The notes beneath the pieces were generated by a model. It did not search any database and was not told the origin of the DNA. It saw only the letters and a list, made by a program, of their open reading frames with translations. A stretch of 64,000 nucleotides of DNA from Dehalococcoidia bacterium (lineage in GTDB: Bacteria; Chloroflexota; Dehalococcoidia; UBA2979), in assembly GCA_965262725.1 (NCBI GenBank), contig OZ253555.1:3264001-3328000 (forward strand), read 5' to 3'. The translations under genes and the position numbers were made by a program. Of the stretch, positions 51,670-60,783 are shown one piece after another (positions within the stretch are counted from its first letter, which is position 1; every line of letters begins with the position of its first letter).

Positions 51670-51795
51670 TGGCCTCCGGCCACCTCGACTCACAACCTCG
51701 AGGCCCTTGACAGAGAAGATAGGGACACCCCCCCCCCCTTGACGCACGGGAGCGGCGGACGCCGATAATCGGCCTCCCAACGGGGCCACGGGGAG

Positions 51796-52332
51796 GTGGC
51801 GATGGAGGCCGGTGGCGCGCGACCGTTGGTCACGCCCGAGATGGAGGCGCGCCGGGGCGTGTGGGGGTCGCCGCGGGCCTCGCCCCCCGTCGAGCGCTAC
51901 GACATCCGCGTCTGGGCGATCGCGGCCTACTGGCCAGAGACGCCGCCCCGTCTCTACTGGAACGACGAGTACGCCCGGACGACGCGCTGGGGCGGCATCG
52001 TCGCCCCGCCGGACTTCAATCCCTTCGGCTGGCCGGTCGGCGAGCGCGGCGGCGCGGAGAGCCCGGCCGGCTTCTCGGCGCCGGGCATGCCCGCGATCAA
52101 CGGCGGGCAGAGCGACGAGTACGGCGTCCCGATACGCCCGGGCGACTGGATCACGGAGCGCTCGCGGCTGCGCGGCTGGGAGCACCGCCGCACGCGGATG
52201 GGGCCGACCGCCTTCGTGACCACCGAGGTGGTGTGGCTCAACCAGCGCGCCGAGTTCGTGCGCAGGCGGCTCTCGACCAACATTCGCTACCAGTCGGACG
52301 CCGGCACCCCGGAGGGCGAGGCCTCCCCGTGA
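51796..52332 (+). CDS. MaoC-like dehydratase, N-terminal-type subunit
   Basis: VE..DIR.WA.A, YA..TRWGGIVAPP, NGG...EY..PIRPGD.I and NQR.E motifs. Confidence 0.78.
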   Translation: MAMEAGGARPLVTPEMEARRGVWGSPRASPPVERYDIRVWAIAAYWPETPPRLYWNDEYARTTRWGGIVAPPDFNPFGWPVGERGGAESPAGFSAPGMPAINGGQSDEYGVPIRPGDWITERSRLRGWEHRRTRMGPTAFVTTEVVWLNQRAEFVRRRLSTNIRYQSDAGTPEGEASP

Positions 52333-52811
52333 CCTACCGTGTGACCTTCGACGAGGTGCGCGTGGGGCAGGAGATCCCGCCCTGGTCACGCACCACCGGG
52401 CTCATGCACTGGAACCGCTACGCCGCCGCCAACGACGAGTTCGTGCCGTTCCACATGGAGGACGCCGCGGGCCTCGAGGCCGGGGGGAGGGGTGCCTTCG
52501 GGATGGGAAACCTGCGCCACACCTACCTCGTGAACGCCGTGCGCGAGTGGGCCGGCGACGAGGCGGAGATCCGCGAGGTCGGCTGCCAGTACCGCGCCTT
52601 CAACTACCGGGGCGACACGCTCACCTGCTCCGGCCGCGTCGTCGAGATGAGCGTGGGGTCGGGGCGAGGCGGGGTGGTCGGAGTCGTCCGGCTCGAGCTC
52701 GCGGTCACCAACCAGGCAGGCGCCGTGGTCTCCCCCGGCCACGCGCTGGTCGCGCTCCCGCTCTCGCGCGAGGCCATTCTCCCGGGCGCCGCCCACGGCG
52801 ATCGGCTATAA
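52329..52811 (+). CDS. MaoC-like (hotdog) dehydratase subunit
   Basis: F..V.VG.EIP, RYAAANDEFVPFH, GDTLTC.G.V and NQ.G motifs. GTGA overlap with the upstream gene. Confidence 0.8.
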   Translation: MTYRVTFDEVRVGQEIPPWSRTTGLMHWNRYAAANDEFVPFHMEDAAGLEAGGRGAFGMGNLRHTYLVNAVREWAGDEAEIREVGCQYRAFNYRGDTLTCSGRVVEMSVGSGRGGVVGVVRLELAVTNQAGAVVSPGHALVALPLSREAILPGAAHGDRL

Positions 52812-52841
52812 CGCGGAGCGAGCCGCCCCGGGAGGTGCACC

Positions 52842-53825
52842 GTGATCGACAGCCAGGTCCACGTCTTCGCGCGCGAGAACCTGCCCGACGGCAACCGGGC
52901 CGAGTTCGCGCGCCGCGCCGCACGCTCCCGGCTTCCCTACCGCGACCCGCAGGAGATCCTCCCGCGCGTGGGCCGCGGCACCTGGGATCCGGAGGGAGCA
53001 GCGGTGATCGAGTTCCTCGATCAGGCCGGGGTCGAACTCGGCGTCAATGCCACCTGCGACTTCGGCCCCTGCTTCGGCGAGGAGGCGGAGTGGGACGGCC
53101 TGCGGATCCATGAGCACGCCTACGAGGTCGCGCAACTTCACCCGGGGCGGATCGCCTTCCTCTGCGGCGTCGACCCGAGGCGCCACGACGCTCTCGAGAT
53201 CCTCGACCGCTCCGTCACGGAGTGGGGCGCGGTCGGCTGGCAGTGCTTCCCGGCGAACGGCTACGCCCCGACCGATCCGCTCTGCCTGCGGCTCCTCGAA
53301 CGCTGCCTCGCGCTCGGCGTACCCGCCGTGATCCGCACCGGCTCCGGCGACATCGGGCCCTACACCGCCTATTCGCATCCCTACTACGTCGAGGACGTCG
53401 CGCGCCTCTTCCGCGACCTCGAGATCATCGACGAGCACGCCGGCGGCGGCCTCGACGGCCTCTGGCGCGAGTCGCTGCTCGTGGCGAGCACCAACCCCAA
53501 CGTCTCCCTCGGGCTCGGCCTCTGGCAAGGCGCGGCGCTCTTCGGCTCGCCACGAGCCCCGGACCGCATCGCCGAGTTCGTGCGCATCCTGCACACGATG
53601 CGCGAGCAGGTCGGCGCGCACCGGCTGCTCTGGGCCTCCGACTACATGCGCGGCTTCAACGTGGATCACACGGTGCGGTGGGCGGAGCTCTTCCGAGATC
53701 TCCCCGGCGTCGCGCGCGAGCACGGCTTCCTCTTCGACGAGGACGAGGTCGATCTGATCACCGACCGGAACGCGCGACGCCTCTTCGGTCTCCCGACCGG
53801 TGGCGAGGCCCCGGGGAGCCCGTGA
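52842..53825 (+). CDS. amidohydrolase_2 family protein
   Basis: IDSQVH (first metal His replaced), EHAGG and LLWASDY motifs. Confidence 0.8.
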   Translation: MIDSQVHVFARENLPDGNRAEFARRAARSRLPYRDPQEILPRVGRGTWDPEGAAVIEFLDQAGVELGVNATCDFGPCFGEEAEWDGLRIHEHAYEVAQLHPGRIAFLCGVDPRRHDALEILDRSVTEWGAVGWQCFPANGYAPTDPLCLRLLERCLALGVPAVIRTGSGDIGPYTAYSHPYYVEDVARLFRDLEIIDEHAGGGLDGLWRESLLVASTNPNVSLGLGLWQGAALFGSPRAPDRIAEFVRILHTMREQVGAHRLLWASDYMRGFNVDHTVRWAELFRDLPGVAREHGFLFDEDEVDLITDRNARRLFGLPTGGEAPGSP

Positions 53826-54733
53826 GCCTCCCGGCCGGGGGGGAGGGCGCGCCCGCCGGGCCGCCGCCCCGCTACACGCCGGACGGGGAGCTCGTCCCCC
53901 CGCCCTCCGCCTCCGACGTGCTCTACGAGCCGGCGGACGGCTTCGCGTGGATCACGCTCAACCGCCCGCGCGTCCTCAACGCGATCGACTGGTCGGTGCG
54001 CCGCCACCTCGCGCGCGCCATCGAGCAGGCGGCCTCAGACGATGGGGCGCGTGCCATCGTGCTGCGCGGCTCGGGCCGCTCCTTCTGCGCGGGCGGTGAC
54101 ATGCAATCCTCGCCCGAGCCCGACGACGGGGTGACGACGCCCGGCTTCCTCCACCTCGTGCTCGCGCTGTGGTCGCTCGACAAGCCGGTGATCGCGGCGG
54201 TGCAGGGGCACGCCGTCGGCCTCGGCTGCGAGCTCGCCGGCGTGTGCGACCTCGCGATCGCGGCTGAGGACGCGCGTCTGGGCGAGATCCAGATCCGGCA
54301 CGGCTACCGACCGCCGGTCCTGATCACGCCGTTCCTCACCGGTCTCCGGGGCGCGAAGGAGCTGCTCCTGCTCGGCGGGCTCGTGGAGGCGGAGGAGGCG
54401 GCGCGGCTCGGGCTCGTCAACCGCGTCGTTCCCCGCGAGCGCCTCGAGGAGGAGGCTGCCGCCCTGGCGCTCCGGATCGCGGCGCTGCCGCAGGCGACGG
54501 TGCGGCTCAACAAGCTGCTCGTGAACCGCGTCTACGAACTCGCCGGCTTCCGGGAGGCGCTCGGTTACATGGAGGAACCCGGACTCGCCGCGCTCGCCGA
54601 GGCGACGGCCGGCGACCCGCTCGGCGAGGAGCGGCTCGCCGTGCTCAGGGAGCGGGGGTGGCGCGCTTTCGTCGAGCACCGCGACGCCTCCGCCGACGGC
54701 GGGCGCGGGACGGGAGAAGAGACTCCCTCCTGA
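53822..54733 (+). CDS. enoyl-CoA hydratase/isomerase family protein
   Basis: ITLNRP..LNA, FCAGGD, KPVIAAV.GHAVG.G.EL and GLVNRVV motifs. Confidence 0.9.
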   Translation: MSLPAGGEGAPAGPPPRYTPDGELVPPPSASDVLYEPADGFAWITLNRPRVLNAIDWSVRRHLARAIEQAASDDGARAIVLRGSGRSFCAGGDMQSSPEPDDGVTTPGFLHLVLALWSLDKPVIAAVQGHAVGLGCELAGVCDLAIAAEDARLGEIQIRHGYRPPVLITPFLTGLRGAKELLLLGGLVEAEEAARLGLVNRVVPRERLEEEAAALALRIAALPQATVRLNKLLVNRVYELAGFREALGYMEEPGLAALAEATAGDPLGEERLAVLRERGWRAFVEHRDASADGGRGTGEETPS

Positions 54734-54874
54734 TCGGGGCCGCGCGATGACCGCCCGAGCCGGAGGGCTACTCGGGCCGCGCGCCCGGGGCGGATGACAG
54801 GCGGCGCGGTCGGCGCGATAGTACGGGTGGCGGCTGGCCTCTCCACCGCCGGACCACGAGGCACGAAGAACGGG

Positions 54875-56020
54875 ATGAGCATGCGCTGGGGCATCTACCT
54901 GAACCCGCAGACGCCGGGACCCGACGATGACGGCCGCATCATCGACGAGGTCCTGGGGCAGACCGATCTCGCCGAGCGGCTCGGCGCCTCGCACGTCTGG
55001 CTCACCGAGCACTACTTCACGGGCTACAACGCCTTCTCCGACCCGATGCTGCTCGCCGCGGCGATCACGCAGCGCAACCACCGGCTGCGCATCGGCTTCT
55101 CCGTCACGGTCGCCCCCTTCGCCCACCCGATCCGCTTCGTGACGCAGTGCAACCTCCTCGACCAGCTCTCCGGCGGGCGCGTCACGATCGGCGTCGGGGC
55201 GGGGAACTCGCCCGACGAGTACGCGGGCTGGGGCCTCGATCGCGAGAACCGGCATCAGCGCATGAACGAGCTGATGGATGTCGCCGAGCGCGCCTGGAGC
55301 GCCGGCCCCGGCGGGTTCGACTACGACGGCGAGCATTTCCACGGCTCGGTGCGCGGCCGCATGATCCCCGCGCCCGTGCAGAAGCCGCACCCGCTCATCG
55401 CCTACGCCACGGCGACGCCGGAGCGGCTGCGGATGGTCGGGAGCAAGGGCTGGGCGCTGCTGCTCGGCCCGCAAACGGCGGAGCTGCTCGCGGCGAGGCT
55501 GCACCACTACGTCGCCGGCATGGACGAGACCGGGCTGAGCGAGGAGCAGCGCGCCCGCGCCTGGGGGAACAGCGCCGTGCTGCGCCAGATCTACGTCGCC
55601 CGGCCCGGCGAGGACTGGCGCTCGACAATCCGCCCCGCGATCGAGACGTACGTGCGCAAGAGCGCGCTCGCCAACACCGGCATCGACGAGCTCCCGACCG
55701 ACGACATGGAGCGCCGCGCCGAGCGGCTGATGGAGGTGCAGCTCTTCGCGGGGCAGCCCGAGGAGATCGTGGAGCGGATCCGCCCCTTCGCCGAGCTCGG
55801 TATCGACCAACTGATGTGCTGGTTCACCTTCGGCCACATGCCGGACGAGCAGGCGCGCGGCTCGATTCAGCGCTTCGCCGAGCAGGTCGCGCCCCGCATC
55901 GCGGAGATCGCGCCGGACGAGGGGCTGTTCGAGCGTATCGTCGCGCGCGCCGGGTCGGAGACGCGCACGTCCGCGCAGATTACCGAGCGCGGCGGCGTGC
56001 GATCCGGCGGCCGCGGCTAG
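54875..56020 (+). CDS. LLM-class flavin-dependent oxidoreductase (luciferase-like)
   Basis: W.TEHYF, HPIR......LDQLSGGR and P.PVQKPHP motifs. Confidence 0.88.
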   Translation: MSMRWGIYLNPQTPGPDDDGRIIDEVLGQTDLAERLGASHVWLTEHYFTGYNAFSDPMLLAAAITQRNHRLRIGFSVTVAPFAHPIRFVTQCNLLDQLSGGRVTIGVGAGNSPDEYAGWGLDRENRHQRMNELMDVAERAWSAGPGGFDYDGEHFHGSVRGRMIPAPVQKPHPLIAYATATPERLRMVGSKGWALLLGPQTAELLAARLHHYVAGMDETGLSEEQRARAWGNSAVLRQIYVARPGEDWRSTIRPAIETYVRKSALANTGIDELPTDDMERRAERLMEVQLFAGQPEEIVERIRPFAELGIDQLMCWFTFGHMPDEQARGSIQRFAEQVAPRIAEIAPDEGLFERIVARAGSETRTSAQITERGGVRSGGRG

Positions 56021-56081
56021 CGGGGCGAGAGCCATCTCAGCCGGCGCTCCGGCCGGGATCACCTTCCTCGCACCGACGGGG

Positions 56082-57425
56082 ATGCTCGGCACGGGCTTCC
56101 CGGAGGCGTCGCTTCAGGCAGGCCTCGCGCGCCGGCCGGCCTTTCTCGGGGTCGACGCCGGATCCACCGACCAGGGGCCTCAGGCGCTCGGCACCGGGCA
56201 GCCGCTGCTCTCGCGGGAGGCGATCAGGCGCGACCTCTCGCTGCTGCTCCCGGTGGCGCTCGCCCACGGGATACCGCTCCTCGTCGGCTCGGCCGGCACC
56301 TCGGGCTCCGACGACGCGCTGGACTGGCTCTGGGACGTGCTGCGCGACGTCGCGGCCGAGCAGGGGCTTCACCCGCGCGTCGCTCTCATCCGCGCCGAGC
56401 AGGAGGCGGATCACCTCGCACAGGAGCTGCGCTCCGGGCGCATCCACCCGCTCGGGGGCGCTCCCCCCCTCGAGGAGGCGACGCTGCGCCGCGCGCGCCG
56501 CATCGTGGCGATGATGGGGCCCGAGCCCTTCCAGGCGGCGCTCGACCAGGGCGCCCAGATCGTGCTCGCCGGGCGTTCCACCGACGCGGCCATCTTCGCG
56601 GCGCCGCTCCTGCGCGCCGGGGCCGCGCCCGGGCCCGCGTGGCATGCCGGCAAGATCCTCGAGTGCGGCGCCGCCGCCGTGACCGCGCGCACCGCCCCCG
56701 ACGGGATGCTGGCGTACGTCGATGCCGATGGCTTCACGGTTGAGCCCCTGAACCCCGGGATGCGCTGCACGCCGCTCTCGGTCGCGGCGCACGCGCTCTA
56801 CGAGACCGCCGATCCGACGCGCCTAGTCGAGCCGCCAGGGACGCTCGTCACCTCGGCCTGCCGCTACGAGCAGGCGGAGGACGGGCGCTCCGTCCGCGTG
56901 ACCGGCAGCGCCTTCGAGCCGGCTGAGCGCTACACGGTGAAGCTCGAAGGGGCGGAGTTCGTCGGCTACCAGACGATCGTCCCAGCCGCGGTGCGGGATC
57001 CGCTCCTGCTCGCGCAGCTCGACGTCTGGACGAGCACGCTCGTCGAGAAGATCCGCGAGCGCGCACAGAGCATCCTCGGGGGGGCGCTCATGCCGGGATC
57101 GTGGTCGGTCGGCGTGCGCGTCTACGGCCGGGACGGCGCGCTGGGGTCCCTCGAGCCCGAGCCACGCCTGGAGGGGCACGAGGCGATGCTGCTTTTCGAG
57201 TTCACCACGCCCGAGCAGGAGCAGGCCACGGCGATCGCGAAGAGCGCGGGGCTCCTCGCGATGCACCACCCGATCGAGGGGTGGGAGGGTTTCGTGAACG
57301 CCGTCGCCTTCCCCTACGCCCCCTACGAGATCGAGCGCGGCGCCGTCTGGCGCTTCTCGCTCAACCACATCTGGGAGCTCGACGACCCGCTCGCGCCCTT
57401 CCCCATCGCGATCACGGAGCTCTAG
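56082..57425 (+). CDS. AtuA-like (acyclic terpene utilisation) family protein; true start probably upstream
   Basis: DAGSTD.GP..LG, GSAG..G, AGR.TD.A and WH.GKILECG motifs. Confidence 0.8.
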   Translation: MLGTGFPEASLQAGLARRPAFLGVDAGSTDQGPQALGTGQPLLSREAIRRDLSLLLPVALAHGIPLLVGSAGTSGSDDALDWLWDVLRDVAAEQGLHPRVALIRAEQEADHLAQELRSGRIHPLGGAPPLEEATLRRARRIVAMMGPEPFQAALDQGAQIVLAGRSTDAAIFAAPLLRAGAAPGPAWHAGKILECGAAAVTARTAPDGMLAYVDADGFTVEPLNPGMRCTPLSVAAHALYETADPTRLVEPPGTLVTSACRYEQAEDGRSVRVTGSAFEPAERYTVKLEGAEFVGYQTIVPAAVRDPLLLAQLDVWTSTLVEKIRERAQSILGGALMPGSWSVGVRVYGRDGALGSLEPEPRLEGHEAMLLFEFTTPEQEQATAIAKSAGLLAMHHPIEGWEGFVNAVAFPYAPYEIERGAVWRFSLNHIWELDDPLAPFPIAITEL

Positions 57426-57427
57426 GC

Positions 57428-57781
57428 ATGGCGCGGCTGCACGAGCTGGCGCGGCTGGTCCGCAGCAAGAACGCGGGGCCCTTCGCCCTCACCTTCGACC
57501 TGCTCTTCGACGACCGCGCCACCTTCGAGGCGGTCCGCGACGCCGGGGTCGTGACGCCGGAGCTCTTCGCCCGGCTCTACGGCGTGGCGGAGGAGATGGT
57601 CATGCTCGTCGCCTACGACCCGGCGCTCGCCATCAAGGCGACGATCCCGCGGCCGGTCGCCTCGGGCGACCTCCGGGACACGGACGTCTTCGGCGCGCAG
57701 TTCTACGGTCCGCTCGTGGAGCTGGAGGTGCCAGGGGTGGCCGTGCCGCCGAGCCGGGCCCCCGGCCGCCGGCGTTCCTGA
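57428..57781 (+). CDS. DUF4387-like small protein
   Basis: L..LA..VRSKNAGPF.LTFD and D.DVFGAQ motifs; usual partner of AtuA-like genes. Confidence 0.8.
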   Translation: MARLHELARLVRSKNAGPFALTFDLLFDDRATFEAVRDAGVVTPELFARLYGVAEEMVMLVAYDPALAIKATIPRPVASGDLRDTDVFGAQFYGPLVELEVPGVAVPPSRAPGRRRS

Positions 57782-57804
57782 GAAGGTCAGGGGGGGAGGC
57801 ACGC

Positions 57805-58773
57805 GTGGAGTGGGCGGTCTTCTCGCTCGCTGAGCGGGCGAGCTGGGTGGTGCGGGAGATGGCGGCCGTCCGGCCCGGGGAGCAGGTGCTCGTCGCCGCG
57901 GACTACGCCTCCGACTTCGCCGTCGTCGAGGCGCTCACCGCCGCGGTCTCGGCGGCCGGCGCGGAGCCGACGGTCGCCGTCATGCCGCCGCGCCCGCACG
58001 CCGGGGCGCCGGCGACCCGGGTGATGTGGAACGCGGCGAACGGCGCCGACGTCGTGATCTGCCCCTCCACCACGGTGCTCCACTTCACGCGCGAGATCCG
58101 GCAGGCGCTGACGGAGGAGCGTATTCGCCTCGTCTCGATCTCGATCGGGCGGGAGGAGATGCTCCACGGCGCCGGCTCAGCCGACCCGGCGGAAGTGCGG
58201 GCACTGACGCAGCGGGTCTACGACGTCCTCGCCCCCGCGCGGGGGCTGCGCATCGCCTCAGAGAACGGCACCGACTTCAGCTGCTCCGTCGAGGGACGGC
58301 TCCCCAACCTCTCCGTCGGCCGCGCCGACGAGCCTGGGCGCATCGGGACCTTCCCCTTCGGGGAGGTGCCGCACGCGCCGATCGAGGGGACGGCCGAGGG
58401 GACGGTCGTCTTCGACGGCCCGATGCACACCGTGGGCCAGCTGATCGAGCCGGTCCGCTACACGGTGCGCGCGGGGCGCGTCGTTGAGGTCGCGGGCGGC
58501 GAGCAGGCCCAGCGCCTCAGCCGCCTGATCGAGACGACCGAGAACGCCGACGTGATCGGGGAGGTCTCGGTCGGGACGAACCCCGCCGCCCGCTTCGACG
58601 GCGACGTCCAGGAGGCGAAGAAGCGGCTCGGCTGCGTGCACATCGCCGTCGGCGACGCGACCGGGCTGCGCGGGCTCACGTGGAGCCCGCTCCACATCGA
58701 CGGCGTGATCCGCCGTCCGACCGTGTGGGCCGACGGGAGGCTCGTCGTCGAAGACGGCGCGCTCGCCCTGTGA
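57805..58773 (+). CDS. M29 aminopeptidase-like / NicX-like metalloprotein
   Basis: GTDF, P.GEV..AP, E.SVGTNP, H.AVG and HID motifs. Confidence 0.72.
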   Translation: MEWAVFSLAERASWVVREMAAVRPGEQVLVAADYASDFAVVEALTAAVSAAGAEPTVAVMPPRPHAGAPATRVMWNAANGADVVICPSTTVLHFTREIRQALTEERIRLVSISIGREEMLHGAGSADPAEVRALTQRVYDVLAPARGLRIASENGTDFSCSVEGRLPNLSVGRADEPGRIGTFPFGEVPHAPIEGTAEGTVVFDGPMHTVGQLIEPVRYTVRAGRVVEVAGGEQAQRLSRLIETTENADVIGEVSVGTNPAARFDGDVQEAKKRLGCVHIAVGDATGLRGLTWSPLHIDGVIRRPTVWADGRLVVEDGALAL

Positions 58774-59657
58774 GGCGCGGCTTCGTCGACACGCCGGACG
58801 GGCAGCTCCACTACTGGGAGCACGGACCGCGGGGAGCGTCGGCTCTCCTCCTGATCCACCTCACGCCGGATGCGCGCTGCTTCCTGGACGCCATGCTCCA
58901 CCTCGGCAACCGCGACGTTCGCGCGATCTCGGTCGACATGCCGGGCTACGGCGATTCGGAGCGGCCCCCGCGCCCCTACGAGCAGATCGCCGAGTTCGCC
59001 GACCAGGTGGCGCGGGTCCCCCACGCGCTCGGGATCGAGCGCTACGACCTGCTCGGTCACATGACCGGCGCGAACGTCGCGGCGGAGCTCGCCGCGCGCC
59101 ATCCCCAGGCAATCCGGCGCCTCGTTCTCTCCGAACTCGTCGACTGGCGCGCGCACGCCGAGCACCGGGGCTCGCACGCGCGTCGCTTCCCCGCCCCCCC
59201 GCCGGCCCGAGACGGTTCGCACCTCCTCGCGCTGTGGAACCAGTACGCCCCGATGATCGAGGAGGAGCGGGGCGAGGTTCGTATCGAGGACGCACAGCGC
59301 CGCTTCCTCGCGCTCTGGCTCGCGACCTACCAGGGCCCGCCCACCGGGGCTCTCGGCACCGACGCCACCGCTCTCTACGGCGCGGCCGGGTGGGCGGCCG
59401 CCGCAGCGCACACGATCGAGAGCCAGGTGCTCAGCGAGCGGCTCGCGGCGATCCCGGCGCCCACGCTCGTGCTCTGCGCCGGCGAGGGGCTGCTCAGGAC
59501 TGGCGCCGACCCGCGCGCCGACCGCGATCGCCTCGCCCGGCTGATGCGGCGGGCGACGACGCGGACGGTGCCGGGCGTCTCCCACGTCTGGCCGCACACG
59601 CGCCCCGCGGCGTTCGCGGAGGCGGTCGTGGAGTTCCTGAAGAGCGCCGACCCGTAG
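58770..59657 (+). CDS. alpha/beta fold hydrolase-like protein (GHMTG elbow)
   Basis: GQLHY.E.G, DMPGYGDS and PTLVL motifs. GTGA overlap with the upstream gene. Confidence 0.8.
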   Translation: MRRGFVDTPDGQLHYWEHGPRGASALLLIHLTPDARCFLDAMLHLGNRDVRAISVDMPGYGDSERPPRPYEQIAEFADQVARVPHALGIERYDLLGHMTGANVAAELAARHPQAIRRLVLSELVDWRAHAEHRGSHARRFPAPPPARDGSHLLALWNQYAPMIEEERGEVRIEDAQRRFLALWLATYQGPPTGALGTDATALYGAAGWAAAAAHTIESQVLSERLAAIPAPTLVLCAGEGLLRTGADPRADRDRLARLMRRATTRTVPGVSHVWPHTRPAAFAEAVVEFLKSADP

Positions 59658-59673
59658 ACGCTCCCGGCTGCGA

Positions 59674-60669
59674 TCAGCCGAGCCCGGCGAGCTCCCGCAG
59701 CGTGCCCCCGAGGATGCGCTCGCGATCCCCGGGCGAGAGACCGGGCGCGCGATTCAGCCACTCGACCGGGGATTCGTAGCCCATGTCGAAGGGGAAGTCG
59801 CTGCCGAGCACGACGTGATCGGCGCCCATCGTCTCCACCACGTACCGGAGGGCGGCGTAGTCGTGCGTGATCGTGTCGACGTAGAGGAGCCGGAGGTAGT
59901 CGCGCGGCGGGCGCGCGATGCGGGCCCGCGGCTCGCGGCGGACGCCGAACCCGTGATCCCAGCGCCCGATGGCGAAGCAGGCGTAGCCGCCCGCGTGTGC
60001 GAAGACGAGCTTGAGCGAGGGGAGCCTGTCGAGCACGCCGCCGAAGATGAGACTCGCGATCGCGATCGTCGAGTCGAGCGGAAAGCCAACGAAGTTCTCC
60101 AGGTAGTAGGTCCGGCCCCGCCCCGACGCCTGCGTGGCCGGCGCGTGCGGGTGGAAGAAGAGCAGCGCCCCCAGCCGCTCGGCCGCCTGGAAGAAGGGGA
60201 AGAGCGCCGGGTCGTCGAAGTCGCGCCCGTCGGCGTGTGTGCCAAGAGCAGCGCCCTGAAAGCCGAGCGCCATCGCGCGCTCGAGCTCGGCGACGGCGCG
60301 GGCGGGCTCCTGAAGCGGCACCGTGGCGAGGCCGCCGATGCGCGTCGGCGCCTCCCTCATCGCCTGTGCGATCTCGTCGTTGAGCTCGCGAGCGGCGCCC
60401 TCCGCCTCCCCCGCCGGGAGGTGGTAGTTGAAGAAGTACGGGGGCGAGGAGAGCAGCTGCATGTCAATGCCCTGCCGGTCCATGACGGCGAGGCGCTCCT
60501 CCAGCGATGCACGCCACAAGGGCTCCTGCGGTCCGGCCAGCCGGTCGCGCGTGACGATATAGCGCTCCCCGTCGCGCTCGCGCTGCGAGGCGCGATACCA
60601 CTCGCCACCCCCCTCGGTCGCGCGCCAGAAGGCCTGCGGGATGAGGTGGGCGTGGACATCGACGTTCAT
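59674..60669 (-). CDS. ACMSD-like amidohydrolase/decarboxylase
   Basis: DVHAH, FFHP, AHAGG and GSDFPFDMG motifs. Confidence 0.85.
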   Translation of the reverse strand: MNVDVHAHLIPQAFWRATEGGGEWYRASQRERDGERYIVTRDRLAGPQEPLWRASLEERLAVMDRQGIDMQLLSSPPYFFNYHLPAGEAEGAARELNDEIAQAMREAPTRIGGLATVPLQEPARAVAELERAMALGFQGAALGTHADGRDFDDPALFPFFQAAERLGALLFFHPHAPATQASGRGRTYYLENFVGFPLDSTIAIASLIFGGVLDRLPSLKLVFAHAGGYACFAIGRWDHGFGVRREPRARIARPPRDYLRLLYVDTITHDYAALRYVVETMGADHVVLGSDFPFDMGYESPVEWLNRAPGLSPGDRERILGGTLRELAGLG

Positions 60670-60783
60670 GGGTGCTCCGCTCGCGGGCGCGGGGTCGACG
60701 GCTGAGAGCCTAATCGATCGCCGGCGTGGGGCCGAGCACCGCCCGGGAGGGTTTCCGGCGGGGGCTGGAGGGTGGGGCGGGCG

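Larger units (their letters stand above)
50223..51729 (+). mobile_element. IS110-family element (upstream non-coding-end type)
   Basis: Left end TTACCTTC, about 230 nt non-coding, then transposase, then right end TTGACA...GATAGGGACA. No terminal IRs; inserted in a C tract. Ends uncertain by a few bp. Confidence 0.8.
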
